Positions 50,441-63,249 of a stretch of DNA of 64,000 nucleotides are shown here, piece after piece. Position 1 is the stretch's first letter; each line of letters starts with the position of its first letter. This DNA is from Phoronis australis (lineage: Eukaryota; Animalia; Phoronida): assembly GCA_002633005.1 (NCBI GenBank), contig NMRA01000184.1, positions 251,255-315,254 on the forward strand, read 5' to 3'. Made by a program: the position numbers and the translations under genes. The notes under the pieces were generated by a model. It did no database searches, had not been told where the DNA came from, and worked only from the letters and a program-made list of their open reading frames with translations.

Positions 50441-51344
50441 TAGGCAATGACCATCGCCTCTGTTGGCCCGAACCAGAGGCGATGCAGAGGCTATAGGCGC
50501 TATGTACGCCGGAAGCTTTTCGGCAAATTATGCTTCGCACCGACTAAACCATCAAAGTCACGTTGTTATAAATACCTTTTGCGCATAGAGGAACACCTTA
50601 GGAGGTTGTCGATGTGTTTAATTCCTTCCAAATCGAACAAATACTCCCGTTATCAAACTTTTTCTTCGAGCAGTCCCTATTTCAGTTCCCAAAATCGTGA
50701 AATCAAAATTTTTGTACTGCGCACGCTCCAATTTTTACCGCGCTCGCTAGGTGATGTGACTTCATCACCTCAATTTTTAAATAGGCCAAAGATGAGCCAT
50801 TGTGGTCTTGTCAGTCAAATGTTTGTTTCCAAAATGTCACCACTTATACTTGTCTTTAATTGGCGTTACTTGAAACTGTTTGTATTTCAATGAATTATTG
50901 TTTGTGTTTGATAAAAATAAATGCTGTTGATATGACATTTAATAGTCTTTGTGCACATATTTGACATTTTAATGTTTAACAACACAGCAAATGCACGGCT
51001 GATTCCCGGCAGCACGTACGCAAACGGCGGGAACTTCAGCTTTCAAAGTTCGCCGGTAGGATCGCAACTTCTGACCTTCGGCCTGGTTAAAAAAATGAAA
51101 ATTATGATTTCACGATTTTGGGAACTGAAATAGGACCTGCTCGAAGAAAAAGTTTCATAACGGGAGTATTTGTTCGACAACCTCCTAAGGTGTTCCTCTA
51201 TGAGCAAAAGGTATTTATAACAACGTGACTTTGATAGTTTAGTCGGTGCGAGGCATACTTCGCCGAAAAGTTTCCGACGTACAGAGCGCCTATAGCCTCT
51301 GCATCGCCTCTGGTTCAGGCCAACAGAGGCGATGGTCATTGCCT
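50441..51344. mobile_element. 904-bp non-autonomous long-TIR element (element B)
   Basis: TAGGCAATGACCATCGCCTCTG ... CAGAGGCGATGGTCATTGCCTA, with ~260 bp of terminal inverted homology. Confidence 0.85.
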
Positions 51345-51580
51345 ACGTTGCCCGTTGGCTTATATTTTATTTTTACTAGCGCAGTTAGTTTTACAGAATA
51401 CTTGACCCATTGGGTCACTATACTGGTTTTTGATTATTATGCACGCACTTAAGACTTGAATTCAAACGTTGGTTTCAAAATCATAAATTGAGAATACTCA
51501 CGCTCAGTAAAGCACAGCTTTCATCAGTTTACATGCAAGCAGACATCGTCGCACATTTTGTTTGTTTCGGAAGCATTTCT

Positions 51581-51605
51581 CGCGCATGCTCACACTTTCC
51601 TTTCC
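51581..51605 (+). promoter_or_regulatory. NOLC1 core promoter: NRF1-like site and TCT (5'TOP) initiator
   Basis: cgcgcatgc at 51581 and TCCTTTCC at 51598-51605, ~40 nt upstream of the ATG. Confidence 0.5.
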
Positions 51606-51640
51606 ACATCCGGTCAGTCGACCACGCGAGAGTTTTAAAG

Positions 51641-54600
51641 ATGGCACAGGAAAATTCGTCTGGAATTTTACCTTTGATTTACGATTTCTTGAAAGTGAAA
51701 TGCAAGAAGGCTGCTGATATATTTAAAAAAGAAACAAAATTGGTAGGTACCAAAGTGATTCTTTGTCTTTGTATCGTACTGTACACATTTTGTTATTGTT
51801 GGAGCAGTTTGAACACGTGTGTGGTGTGGAGAGCACAGGCCACAGCACAGGGCGTCCTTAGCTTCTGATCGTTCCCAATACACTTTTAATTATTAGAATT
51901 ACTGACACTTATGACTACAAATTCCACTCTGGCTTTACTTTGGCCGTCCATATCAAACACAAATATCTATAAATGTACACAAAACGGGTTCAACAAACAT
52001 GCACGAGGAATTGTTTTTTCTCCTGATTTACAGCTTCCTGCTCCAGTGAATTCGCTACAAATTCGGGATCAAAACACAAAAATCGTCTCAAACGGCCGAT
52101 GCATAGCAACTTCTGTAAGACGGGTCATGTGAGTGTTGTAATCGGCAACATCATTGGCCCTTTTGTTTTTCCTGGGGCGTCTTGTGATTGGTCTGTTTTT
52201 GTGTGTTCCCCGTATAGAGAATTATGACATATAGATGGCGCTTGCTATTCGCCCTAGCCGCCATGTTTCTTTTGTCTCTAAGTCCATTGTTTAATTAGCG
52301 GTTACGACCAATAAACAGTGAAGAAATACTTGCGAGTTATTTTCTACCGTATGTCTCCTATATAAGTCGTTGGCGCCACTGTCGGATGGTTTTTTTCAAG
52401 AACCGGCATGACGAGTCATCTATGGTTGCTCCGCTTGGCGTCAACTGGCTGACTTATATCTTCATAAAAATAAGTACTCTTGTGCCTAACTAGTGAACCT
52501 CTAGGAATACAACATGAGTTTGCACAAGAGTTGTCGATTTGTCACGGAAGGTCATGACATCAAAAGCTCCACATTTGACTTGACCATTTCGTAACCCTTC
52601 CCTGATGAACTGATTATTGCTATTATCCATCCTTAACTCATCGGGTCATTCCTTACTTGACCTTGAACCGACTCAATGTGACCCGTCTTACAGTAGTTGC
52701 TACACGTCAGCCTTTTCGGAAGATTTTTGTGTTTTGATCGTGAATTTGTTGCGAATCCACTGGAGCGGTAAGTGTAACTGCCAGTCAGGAGAAAGAACAA
52801 TTGCTCAATTGTTTGTTGAATCCCTGTTTTGTATAAATTTATTGAAAATTGTTTTTAATATGAACGGCTGAAGTGAAACACCTGCGGAATTCCTAGTCTT
52901 AAATATTATTATATATAATGTATTAGGGACGATCAGAAGCTGAGGATACCTGTGGTGGAGAGAAGTGTGGAACTGCGATGCCTTGATAAAAAGTGCCAGT
53001 TATGACGGTTGACTGACACATTTGCAAAGTGAACTTTACACCTAGGCAACACATAGCCTCCTTGGACAGCTTGCGAGAGGTTACAACACTCCTCATCTGT
53101 CTCTGCGTTACTTTGTTGAAAATTTTCAAGGTGGACAGAGACTTGAAGTTGAAGCGGGGTTGGCTGTGTGGTAACGGTCAGCCACAAGGCAATTGCCATT
53201 GGCAAAGAATTTCGAAATCTAGGCTTTGTATGGCTGTAACGGTGTATGTCACACCCAGAAGTCACAACATTATTTCCCGTCTATGGATCAAGCACGCCAC
53301 CTGCCACCCGGGTTGGCCACATCTTTTGGTATGGGTTTCCACTGTTGTTTATGGACCATGACTCTGGACTGCTTCAAAATGGCACTGGTGGAGGGAAGCT
53401 CGAGTGAACTCTACAGCTTTTCATGAATGTGTTCAAAATTATGTTGACTAAATTGTCTCAAGACTAAGAGTCATGGTGGGTGTTAATTATTTACTCACTG
53501 GGTATCAGTGCTGGATGCTTAGATTGACCCCAAGTCGCATTTGGCGACTTAGTGAAAATCCCAGGTCACCAAATGAAATCTGAGTTTGCCAAAACTGACA
53601 TTGATATTGTTGACTATAAAATAAGTCGTGTCGTACTCCGTTATAAGAAAATCACGCATACCATTTTACTCCCCCATTCAATCTCTAACTCAGTTCCTGC
53701 CAACGAAGAATGCAGACAATCGGATACGCTGGAGGCCCAGGTTTCGTGGTCTGATCTTGTCAGATTTTTCTCGAACAATTCCGACTTCAGTCTTTTTACT
53801 TCCTGTTGCAATTTGACCGCGTGTTTGATGTGTGCTGACTGCTGAGGATGGCAAGTGCACCGATTTCACGAAATAAACTGAATAACTTTGAACCGAAGTA
53901 TTGAATTTAGGAAAACTGTTCGTAGTTTAAAGTTTGGAAGTCACCGCAAACTTTAAAATGAATTTCGGGAGAATTTTTGTCTAACTTTGATACTGGCTGT
54001 GGCGACTTCATAGAAACTTGGGATTTTTCTCGGGTAGCCAAACACAATTCTGAAGTCACATTGGCGACCTGCAGGTCACTAGATCGAGCACTGCTTGGTA
54101 TGTATGCATGCTTCATCTGATGTTATTCGTATTTTGAAATGAGCAACTTTTTATGGGAGTAAACTTTTGCCTGAGGATGTCTTGCGGACATCCCTGCTGT
54201 TTTTCACAAGTGTAATGCCATGTTTGTACATTTTGAACTCATTTCCAGCCGCCAGCCACATCACCTGGTTCAGCCTCTCTGGTGGACATTTATGAAGATT
54301 GGATCAAGTAAGTATGTTTAACTTGTAGCACTGATAGAAATAATGATTACCAATTTATTCAACAACATAGTGGTTACAAAAAGGATTTGTGTATTGTTTG
54401 TTTTTTTTTTTCAAACTAAGTCGGCCTGGAGAACGTTAAGTGCGTTACACGCTGAAATGGTGCAAATCTTGGTAATTTGTAATTCAGAGTCCGATGATTG
54501 CCTTGGGGTTCAAAGTTTCAGAGCATTGATAATTATCCACTTTTGGTACAGTCTGAGTAATAAACAAGTGAAGGCAGTCAGCTTTTCTCTAATTATTGAT

Positions 54601-57600
54601 GTTAGCAGTCCTGTTTATCAGTCCTTGCGGTGTGAAGGAGAGATAGGACTTGTCTTTGGTGAATTATTCTATACTTGAGAGATTTATCCCAGTCATTACA
54701 AGTTGGTGCTGTTCGCATAAAAAGTTCACGGAAACAGCACGGAAAATTTAGGATGGCCAGGAGCCTGATGAGTCATTTGAACATGACAGCAAATATGATG
54801 TTGATGTTGGCTTGGACTTTGCTAAGTCAAGAAGTAATGGAACTTAGAAATTGAATCCAAAGATCATAAAGCTATACTCCAGTGGGTTTGAGAAAGTGGA
54901 CACACCTTATAATCTTTGTTGTTTGCTAAGCATGCTATTGGCATATATCAACACGGTAGGATTGGTTGATGGTAGTTGTTAGGTGTTCTATTCTTTGGCT
55001 TGATGGCACTCTTGTTCTTGCAGGATTAACACACCTCCCAAAAGAAAGCAGTCCGATGCCACTGGATCTGTCGCCAAGAAACAGAAGGTGGAGGCGTCAT
55101 CTTCATCCGAATCCAGGTCGGTTCAGTTGATTGCTGTATGGCAGCTTGCTACAGACATTATAGTGTGTGAACTTACTTATGGCCCTGTCTTGCCAAATTT
55201 ATTCTCAGAACTTCTGAATGGGCTACTTGGGCATGAACATGCCTTGAATTCAGTATCATCATCTGCAAGATTTTGAACTCAGTACAATGTTTGTCAGGGC
55301 TTGGAATTTTCTGCGGAAACGCGGATTTCCGCTTTTTTAAAATGTTCTGTCCGTGTATTTTATTATATTTCCGCGTAAAAAAATCAGATTTGATATAAAA
55401 TTTCCGCGGCAAATTTCTTTCTTACTGCGGCGTTGCCGACGACTTTCGCCTCGAAAAGCAGAAGTTGCTCTTAATGTTTCGGAGGAACGTAAATTGTCAA
55501 CATTGCCGGAGCACCTGGGATAGCGTGGTGGATTTCTTCAATGGTGTCTCATGAGATTGTAAATCGCGGTGACAAATACTACGACTCTGCAGCCAAAAAT
55601 GTGTGGAGGTAGGAGTGGATGGACGAGCTAAAAAGACGCAGACGCACTCCTGAAGGTGGTACTATTTTTTAGTCCTCCTGATTTTTGTCGGCAAAAGGTC
55701 CACATTGACATTTTCAAGGCTGTGTGTATGCATGTTTGGGGCCGTAAAAATTTCCGCTTTTTCTGTCATGGGTCATTCCTAGCCCTGGTTTGTATTGTTT
55801 CTGTCTGACATTCGGTGACTGGGTTCATACTGGGAGACTATTAAGTACAATATTTCTAACGTGGCTCTGTACATTTGTGATTGTCAATGATGACTGTTAT
55901 CCCTGTCTTATTGAAATATGGTGAGACAGCAGGTCAGCCTGAGACTTGACCTTTTGGTAAAAACAGCGATGGGCAGCACTGCTGGGCTGCCATGTAGTGA
56001 ACATTTACAAACATGTACAAGGTACTGAATCTACGCCCACCCCATCTTGGGTGTGGTGAGACTCTGCCAATTTGCAATTTGATAGCCATGTGGAAAATAG
56101 TTAATTATGTTTTAAAAAATGTTGTGAAGGAGCAAGACTGCTTTATTTGCACATTTTTGTACTAAACGGCTGTCTGTGCATTTTTATATAATAATTAAGT
56201 AATTGTTTGTTACTTCCCATTGACTTGGAGCCATACTGTAATTGTAGAGTGCTGCTTCTTGTGTTCTACTTTCACGAGTTGCGCTTTGTTTCACAGTGAT
56301 TCTGAAGATGATAAGGCTGTCAAGACCCCGGTGAAGGGTCCAATCAAAACTGCTGCTGCAGTACAAAAAAGACGTCGTAAAAGTAGTTCCTCAAGCAGCT
56401 CAGAGTCTGGTAAGTGTTGCGTTGGTGATTTTGTGGTGTGCAGTAATTTTCCCTTATTTCTTGCAAAAACAAAAGCCAAAATGTTTGTCCTTTCATCTTG
56501 GAAAGTCTGACTTCCTTGTTGCAAATGATGGCTTGTAACATGTCCGCGGTACGAATAGAGCTAATCATCAGATTATAATCTCTTCAAGACAATTTGGCAT
56601 GATGGCCATGTTGTGTGCTAAATTAGTGAAGAATTACTGTGCTGTTATTGAAGCACTATGACATGTGGACCATGCGTAAGACTTGTTAGGGGCTATTACT
56701 GATGCTTTCTCACGAATATTCAAGCAGTAAGCATTGGGTGAATGATATCAATTCAAAGATACCATTTCCACTTATTTGAGTTGTAAACTTCGTAGAACGG
56801 ATTTTAACACTAGTTAGTTCGTTCAAAACCTAAGCCCAATATTGCTATTTCAACTCAACTTCAACTGTTTCTTTTGTGAAGGTAGAAAAGTGCATGGTAT
56901 GATTCATTTGTCAAGAAAGTGTTGTTAGTTTCTTCCCCAAATTCATGGGTTTTATTTGCAAGTCTGAAAAAATATTGGATACTTTCGCACTGGAAACAGA
57001 TTACCCATCATGCAATAGTTTCTACTTTGATTCACGTAGTTTTTGAAATGTTAGGTCATTAACATACCAAAGTGAGTTGGAGTTGAAATAAAGAGTGAAA
57101 CATCCTACTCCATTCTTCTTGTCAAATTTTGTGTTCCCATTGTGCCTCTTTGCGCAACAGCTTAAATTAGAATGACCTAATTTTAATGTAATAATGGTCA
57201 CCACAACAGCCATGAGACTAGCAGTGCACAATGGTGTGGTTTACCGTTGTGAAGCGAGGCCACTGACCTCTTTGTCTTCTCTGTTCCTTCAAAACTACGC
57301 TGTTGTTGTAATATTGTTTTTGCTGCCAGCTTGTAGCTACATTGTGGGTCTACTGAAATTCATTTGAGTAGTTTTCTTTCAGAAACGGAAGCAAAGCCAC
57401 CAGTAGCAAAAGCTGCCAAACCGTTGCAAGCCATAGTCCCTGCTAAGGTAATTGTCATAAACGTTGCCGTTTTCACCATCTGATCAGCACATGGTATTCG
57501 TTCTTATGCCAATCTCCCAAAACTTCCCAATAGAGTTTGAAGGGACAAGTTAGCATCACTTAGCTGGGAATGATCTACCACCTCAAGAGGAAGACATTTG

Positions 57601-60600
57601 ATCTTGTCACTGATGACTATGTTATCCCTGTCTTATTCATTATGGTGAGACAGCACGTCAGCCTGAGACTTGGTCATTTGATTGACTGTAATTATTGGAA
57701 ACCAGCCGATTCCTGTCTCTTCTCACTCGTGATGTGTCGTGTAAGCGACATCGTGTAACTAAAAACAGAGGCAGGTCCTCCCAACTAGGGCACAGACTGG
57801 TCACCTCAATATAATTTTTTTCTGTTACTTTTAATACCGCGCCATATCTCTACAAGGTGTGTTCCTCTGCTGAGTTAATACACATCATTACCACAACCCT
57901 AACCCTATAGACTACACTTGTCTTCATAGTATTCTGCGTGCAAGGTACTTAGAGCTGCAAAGAAGTTGTTGGACCCTGAGTAATCGACCGTGTACAAAAT
58001 CATTCCAAAAATGAAAAACAACTCTAGTTTAAATTATCTACAGCCAGTTTTTAGTATGTGAAAGTAAACATCTGACAGTCAGCTGTTTGTATTTTCAAAT
58101 AAAGAAGTCATTGTAGCCAGAAACTTGAGCCAGCTGCATGTATCTGGTGGTTAGAATGAGTCCAGGTGAATATTTCGACTGGATCTGTGAAATGTAGTTC
58201 TTATATTTAGCTTGGTGTATGAATTTACTACTGAACAAAAAGACCTTGTTGTGTGTTGTTCTTGGCATGAATTCTTGCAGTGCCATTAATTCATTTTGTT
58301 GTTGCTATATGTTTTAAGTCGTCTTATGGTAAAAGTCGTGAAATTACTTTGGTATGACTCCGTGAATCCTGCTTGATTACAGAAGGCGTCAAGCTCGGAA
58401 GACTCAGACTCAGATTCTGAAAGCTCTGACAATGAAGAGGCAGTGACAAAGAATAAACAGCTCACCAAGAAGGCACCCGCAAAGAAAGATGCGTCTAGTT
58501 CTTCAGACAGTTCTGATGAAGAAGATGAAAAACCTGCAACCACAAAGCCAACACCGAAAACTACACCTGTGGCACAAAAATCGAAAAAGGCTGAATCCTC
58601 CAGTTCCGAAAGTTCATCTTCGGAAGAGGAAAAGACAACATCCAAACCGCAGACTCCAAAAGTTGCGACGCCAAAGGCTGTTCCTCCGAAGAAGAAAGAA
58701 AGCTCTAGTTCAGAGGATAGTTCAAGTTCAGAGGACGAAAAATCTGGTCCAAAGGCTGCAGCTGCCACAACTCCTGCTAAAGTTACAACTATTGCAGCTA
58801 AGAAAAAGGAGAGCTCTAGTTCTGATGACAGTTCTGATGAAGATGAGAAAAAGGCAACCACAAAAATGACCAACACAAATGCTGCTCCAGTTACAGTGCC
58901 AACTGAGAAAAGAGAAAGCTCAAGTAGCTCAGACAGTTCTTCAGATGAGGATGAAAAGCCTGCAAAACCACTTGTTCAGAAAACAGCCGCAACTCCAGCA
59001 AAATCTCCTGTTCAGAAAAAGAAAGACGAAAGTTCAAGTTCCGAAGAAAGCTCGGAAGATGAAAAGCCTGCAAAACCAGTTGTTCAGAAAACAGCCGCAA
59101 CACCAGCAAAATCTGTTCAAAACAAGAAAGATGAAAGCTCAAGTTCCGAGGACAGCTCAGAAGATGAAGAATCTGGAAAATCAGCTGTTCCGAAAACAAC
59201 ACTTACAAAATCTCCTGTTGTGAAAAAGAAAGCTGAAAGTTCAAGCTCTGAAGAAAGTTCAGAAGATGAAGAACCCGCAAAACCATCTGCTCAAAAATTA
59301 ACACCAGCAAAACCTCCTGTTGTAAAAAAGAACAACGATAGTTCAAGTTCAGAAGAGAGTTCCTCAGAAGACGAACAACCTGCTAAGTCAACACCAGCTG
59401 TTTCCAAGACGACCCCTTCCACTGGTCAGAAGAAAGAAGAATCCAGTAGTTCAGAAAGTTCAGATGAGGAGGAACCCAGCAAACCAGCGCAGAAAACTAC
59501 AGCACAGGCACCTGTTACGAAAGTGAAAACTTCGGCCAAGGCTGAATCAAGTAGCTCTGAAGACTCGAGCTCTGGCGACGAAGCACCTGCGAAGAAACCA
59601 ACCCCTGCTAAACAGCCAGCAGCGTCATCAACGCCGGCAACTGCAAAGAAGGATGAGAGCAGCTCTGATGACTCTTCAGATAGTTCTGATGAGGAACCAC
59701 CCAAGAAGTCAGTCACTCCAGCTGTTAAAACTCCGGCTAAGTCAGCAGCTGTTAAGAAGGCTGAAGAGAGTAGTTCTGATGATTCTTCAGACAGTGAAGA
59801 TGACAAGTCTGTAACAAAAGGTCCTATGAAGACGTCCACACCAGCCGTGAAAGCACCAGTTACAGCTAAAGCAGATGAAAGCTCAAGTGAAGACAGTAGC
59901 TCTGATGATGACGATGAGAGTAAATCAACTGGTGTCAAAAGCGCACAAGCTAAACCAGCTCAGAAGAAGGAGTCTAGTTCTTCTGAATCGGACAGTTCAG
60001 AGGACGACAAACCAAGTGCAAAGGGTTCAGTGCAAAAACCTGCATTAAAAACAAATGTGAAGAAAGACTCTAGTTCATCTGAATCGGACAGTTCAGATGA
60101 TGAGAAACCCACAGCAAAGAGCCCTGCGCAGGGAGCAACTCCGAAGCAAACTCCAAAACGAAAAGACTCGTCAGAGTCGGAGAGTTCAGATGATGAAGAA
60201 GCATCAAAAAGCAAGCCTCACACCCCTGCTATGGTTAATGGAGGCGGTGATGCCCCTGCGCAAAATGGAAGTAACAAAAAGGTTTGTCTACGTTTTTCTT
60301 TTTGAATCTGATCTAGTGGTAATTTTATTTCAGATGTGATGTACCTTTTATTGTGGTTTCGTGTAAAGATTTAAAGATTCAGTTGAAGTAGGTAGATAAA
60401 TAACATCATAAGTTGTTGCTAAATACTTAGGATAGTTTCCTAGGTCAGAAGGATCATAGTATTCATTACTAGGTTGGTATTATATTTGCATTACCAACTT
60501 GAGTTACTAGCGATTTTCATTTTTAGCTAGGTGAGCATGGTGAGTTGTAGCTTTGAGTGTTTTAACGTAAAAAACTTTGGATACCGGCAATGGTTAAGAC

Positions 60601-62512
60601 AGGAAATGGTTGCAGTCAAAACATTCTGTTAGCAGGGCTGGTGTTTACTTTTAGTCGAGTGTGGCTGTGAATTTTTTAATTTAATAAAATTGTAATTCAG
60701 TAGAATATGAGCTGGGGGTTGGTAGTGAATGGATGCATTGTACCAGGTGTTATAGGATTGAAATTACTTACTAGTTAAAACATACAGCTTACATAGAGAG
60801 GCAGTTAACACGTTCAGGCAAATCACCTTTTGGTCGAATTGCAAGAGTATCTTAATTTATGTGTGACATCATCAACAAGTCGGCATATTTAGCCAAGTAT
60901 TTCCTGTTCCAACAAAACTGACTTAGCTAAGACAAATCCTAAATTTTAGCAAATTTTAAAATCAAAGTTAAATTTGTCTCATAACTAATTCAGGAAAGAG
61001 ATCTTAAGTTTGGATTAACTGTGTGATTTAAGTTTTGTCTTAGATTTCACTAACTAACAGAGTGTGAAAGTTTCAAAGTTTGGAATTTAAGACAAATCTT
61101 AAACTTAAGTCAAAAATGAACTTAAGTCAGTTTCTTGGAACAGGCCCCTGAACTTGGGTAAAGTCATATATTTTCTGAAGAATGACAACCTGTTGAGTTG
61201 GATTTTTCTACTTTTTGTCAATCTGCCTCAACTTGGGTCACTTGACCAAGTCTCTTTAGGGTAATTAGAAAAAATAAAGGTACTTTGATAGCAAAAGAAT
61301 GGCATCAATTTCATGATGAAATTTTTTTGATTGAATGTTCAAGATTACGTCTCCAAAACACTGTTACAGTTTCCTATAATATATTGTTTCCATTTATGCC
61401 TCTTTCTAGTTTTTTTAAGAATTTGGTAGAGTCCTATTACTGAGAGCAAAAAGGAAAACAATTGCAATCAGCCAATTTTGAGATATGATGTTCCGAAGTT
61501 AGCCAAATTTGGACATTTTTTAATGACAATACATAACCTTAATACGCTGCGGATTTCTTCCGCTGAACTTCAGTGAGGCCAGTTTAATGCACGTCAACTC
61601 AAAAGGAGTGGGGTGTGTTGCTGTTCACTGGTATTTTTGTGCTCCTTCATGTTCCCTTTAAGTTCACATCACTGATCCCTTCATTTCACCAGGGTTCAGC
61701 TAAGAAGCAGAATGAACCATTCAGAAGAGTCAAGGCTGAGACGGTGGAGATAGATCCTAGACTACAGGACAACTCGTTTGAGGCCAAAGTAAGTATTGAT
61801 TCTCAGATATGGTCTGTCCACTGTGTTTGCTTGAGGTTTGGTGTGGTTTGCTTTGGTTTTTGTGTTGTTAGACTGTAGTGTTGTTTTTCGGGGTAGGGTC
61901 AACTGGTCTTCTAGAGTCCATAGGGAATCGCAATGAAATCTCACCACAAGTCTGTTGTAGTCAAAGTTTGTTGTAACCAAAGTAGCATGTATGCAGCAAT
62001 GTTGGAATGAAATGTTATAAGCAAGCAAATGCCGTGGGTTTGTTGAATAGCAATCGGACTGTAACTCGTTCAAGAAAGGTTGAAGTTGATTTGCATAAGC
62101 GATGTATCTCTTTATTCCATTATCTTCTTTTGTTGTGAATATGAAGTACGTTAAAAATTGCCAATGCTTTTAAGAACTAGTTTTGTGAGCCTGCCAGGTA
62201 GGTCATTGTACGTAAGGGAGTGTATGAGGATATAATGAGAAAGCGATTTCTGGGAGTGGGCTTGTATTTAAGAAAGATTGACTTTTGAGATACGTCTGAA
62301 TCATGGAAGTGTTTTGCTGATTTTAAACTTTATACTTATCCACTGTTTTAATTCTTCAGATGAACTCTCAAGGTTCTTGGGGAGACCGAGCGAACAAGGA
62401 TTTGAAGTTTACACAAGGAAAGTCATTTAGGCATGAAAAGACAAAAAAGAAGCGTGGTAGTTATAGAGGGGGGGCCATAGACACAAGTGTGAACTCAATC
62501 AAGTTTGACTGA
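51641..62512 (+). CDS. NOLC1: Nucleolar and coiled-body phosphoprotein 1 (Nopp140), 8 coding exons
   Basis: Exons 51641-51742, 54249-54307, 55024-55116, 56297-56409, 57383-57447, 58383-60281, 61693-61788, 62360-62512; all GT-AG with compatible phases. N-terminal LisH-like LPLIYDFL, alternating acidic-Ser and K/A/P repeats, SRP40-type C-terminus ([36 protein letters not shown]). AATAAA at 63055. Confidence 0.95.
53506..54093. mobile_element. hAT-type MITE in NOLC1 intron 1
   Basis: CAGTGCT..GAT / ATC.AGCACTG termini; 8-bp TSD ctgggtat/cttggtat. Confidence 0.8.
55295..55787. mobile_element. hAT-type MITE in NOLC1 intron 3
   Basis: CAGGGCTTGGAAT / ATTCCTAGCCCTG TIR; gtttgt duplicated at the flanks. 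Confidence 0.75.
55883..55945 (+). ncRNA. SNORD1: Box C/D snoRNA, snR38/SNORD1-like, copy 1
   Basis: gtc stem, ATGATGA C box, guide GTTATCCCTGT complementary to the LSU rRNA sequence ACAGGGATAAC, CTGA D box, gac stem; intronic, sense strand. Confidence 0.85.
57606..57669 (+). ncRNA. SNORD1: Box C/D snoRNA, snR38/SNORD1-like, copy 2
   Basis: Paralog of 55883-55945 with the same boxes, guide and terminal stem, in intron 5. Confidence 0.85.
60904..61148. mobile_element. PIF/Harbinger-like MITE in NOLC1 intron 6
   Basis: cctgttccaa.aaaactgactta ... taagtcagtttcttggaacaggcccc inverted ends. Confidence 0.65.
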
Positions 62513-63249
62513 AGACTTGATTCGCTCATTGTAGGGTCAATCATTAAACGGAATTATTTTCTGTTGTTGGCACTTGCGACAGTCAGTTGTCAGGCTTGTG
62601 GAAGATTTGGATATTTTATTGCTCGTGGCAACCTATGTCATGTGTTATAATACCAAGGCTGAATTCTGTAGAGTGAGAAAAGCAAGATCCTATTCACCTT
62701 GGTGAGATCACCACGCGTTACTTGTGTTCAAAGCGTATTGTCACATTAGCTTTACTGTGTTGGGTCTACAGGACGCAGACCAGGTTAAGGGTATTTGTAA
62801 ATTACTTGTAATTCAGTTTTGTCTGTACGAGATGCAGGTAGTATCAAGCCCGATGCACTGCGTACAAATTATGTGAAAAATTACTTTTCAATGAGAAGCC
62901 AACATCAAGAAATACAGGATACTATGAATTTCAAACATTTTCAACGATATGTCATGATAAGTGGAAGACAAGTTGTGGTGTTGAGTTTGGAAAGTTGCTA
63001 TTATGCTGAGGGAATTATGTACGTCATCTAGTACCAGTAACATGTTGTGTAATTAATAAATCTTGTATTTTATTTTCATATGTTGTATTCACTTTATTTT
63101 TTGTCAAAAAACATCTCCTTGTCCTAGAGTGGTAACCGAGTTGTCTATGATTCATTTGGCAAGGGCAGTGCTTATGTTCAAGAGTCAATAGAAATCATCT
63201 CCAAGAACTATGTGTGCCATACCCACTTTGTGCGATCTTTAATATATTT

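Noticed and set aside
50447-51339. Two similar ORFs (MTIASVG...) on opposite strands
   Set aside because: Chance translations of the TIR arms; no domain recognisable.
56598-56705. Possible further C/D snoRNA (ATGATGG ... CTGA) in NOLC1 intron 4
   Set aside because: Imperfect C box and no guide I could match to rRNA or snRNA.
58286-60214. Long antisense and alternative-frame ORFs over NOLC1 exon 6
   Set aside because: By-products of the low-complexity S/E/K/A/P coding repeat.
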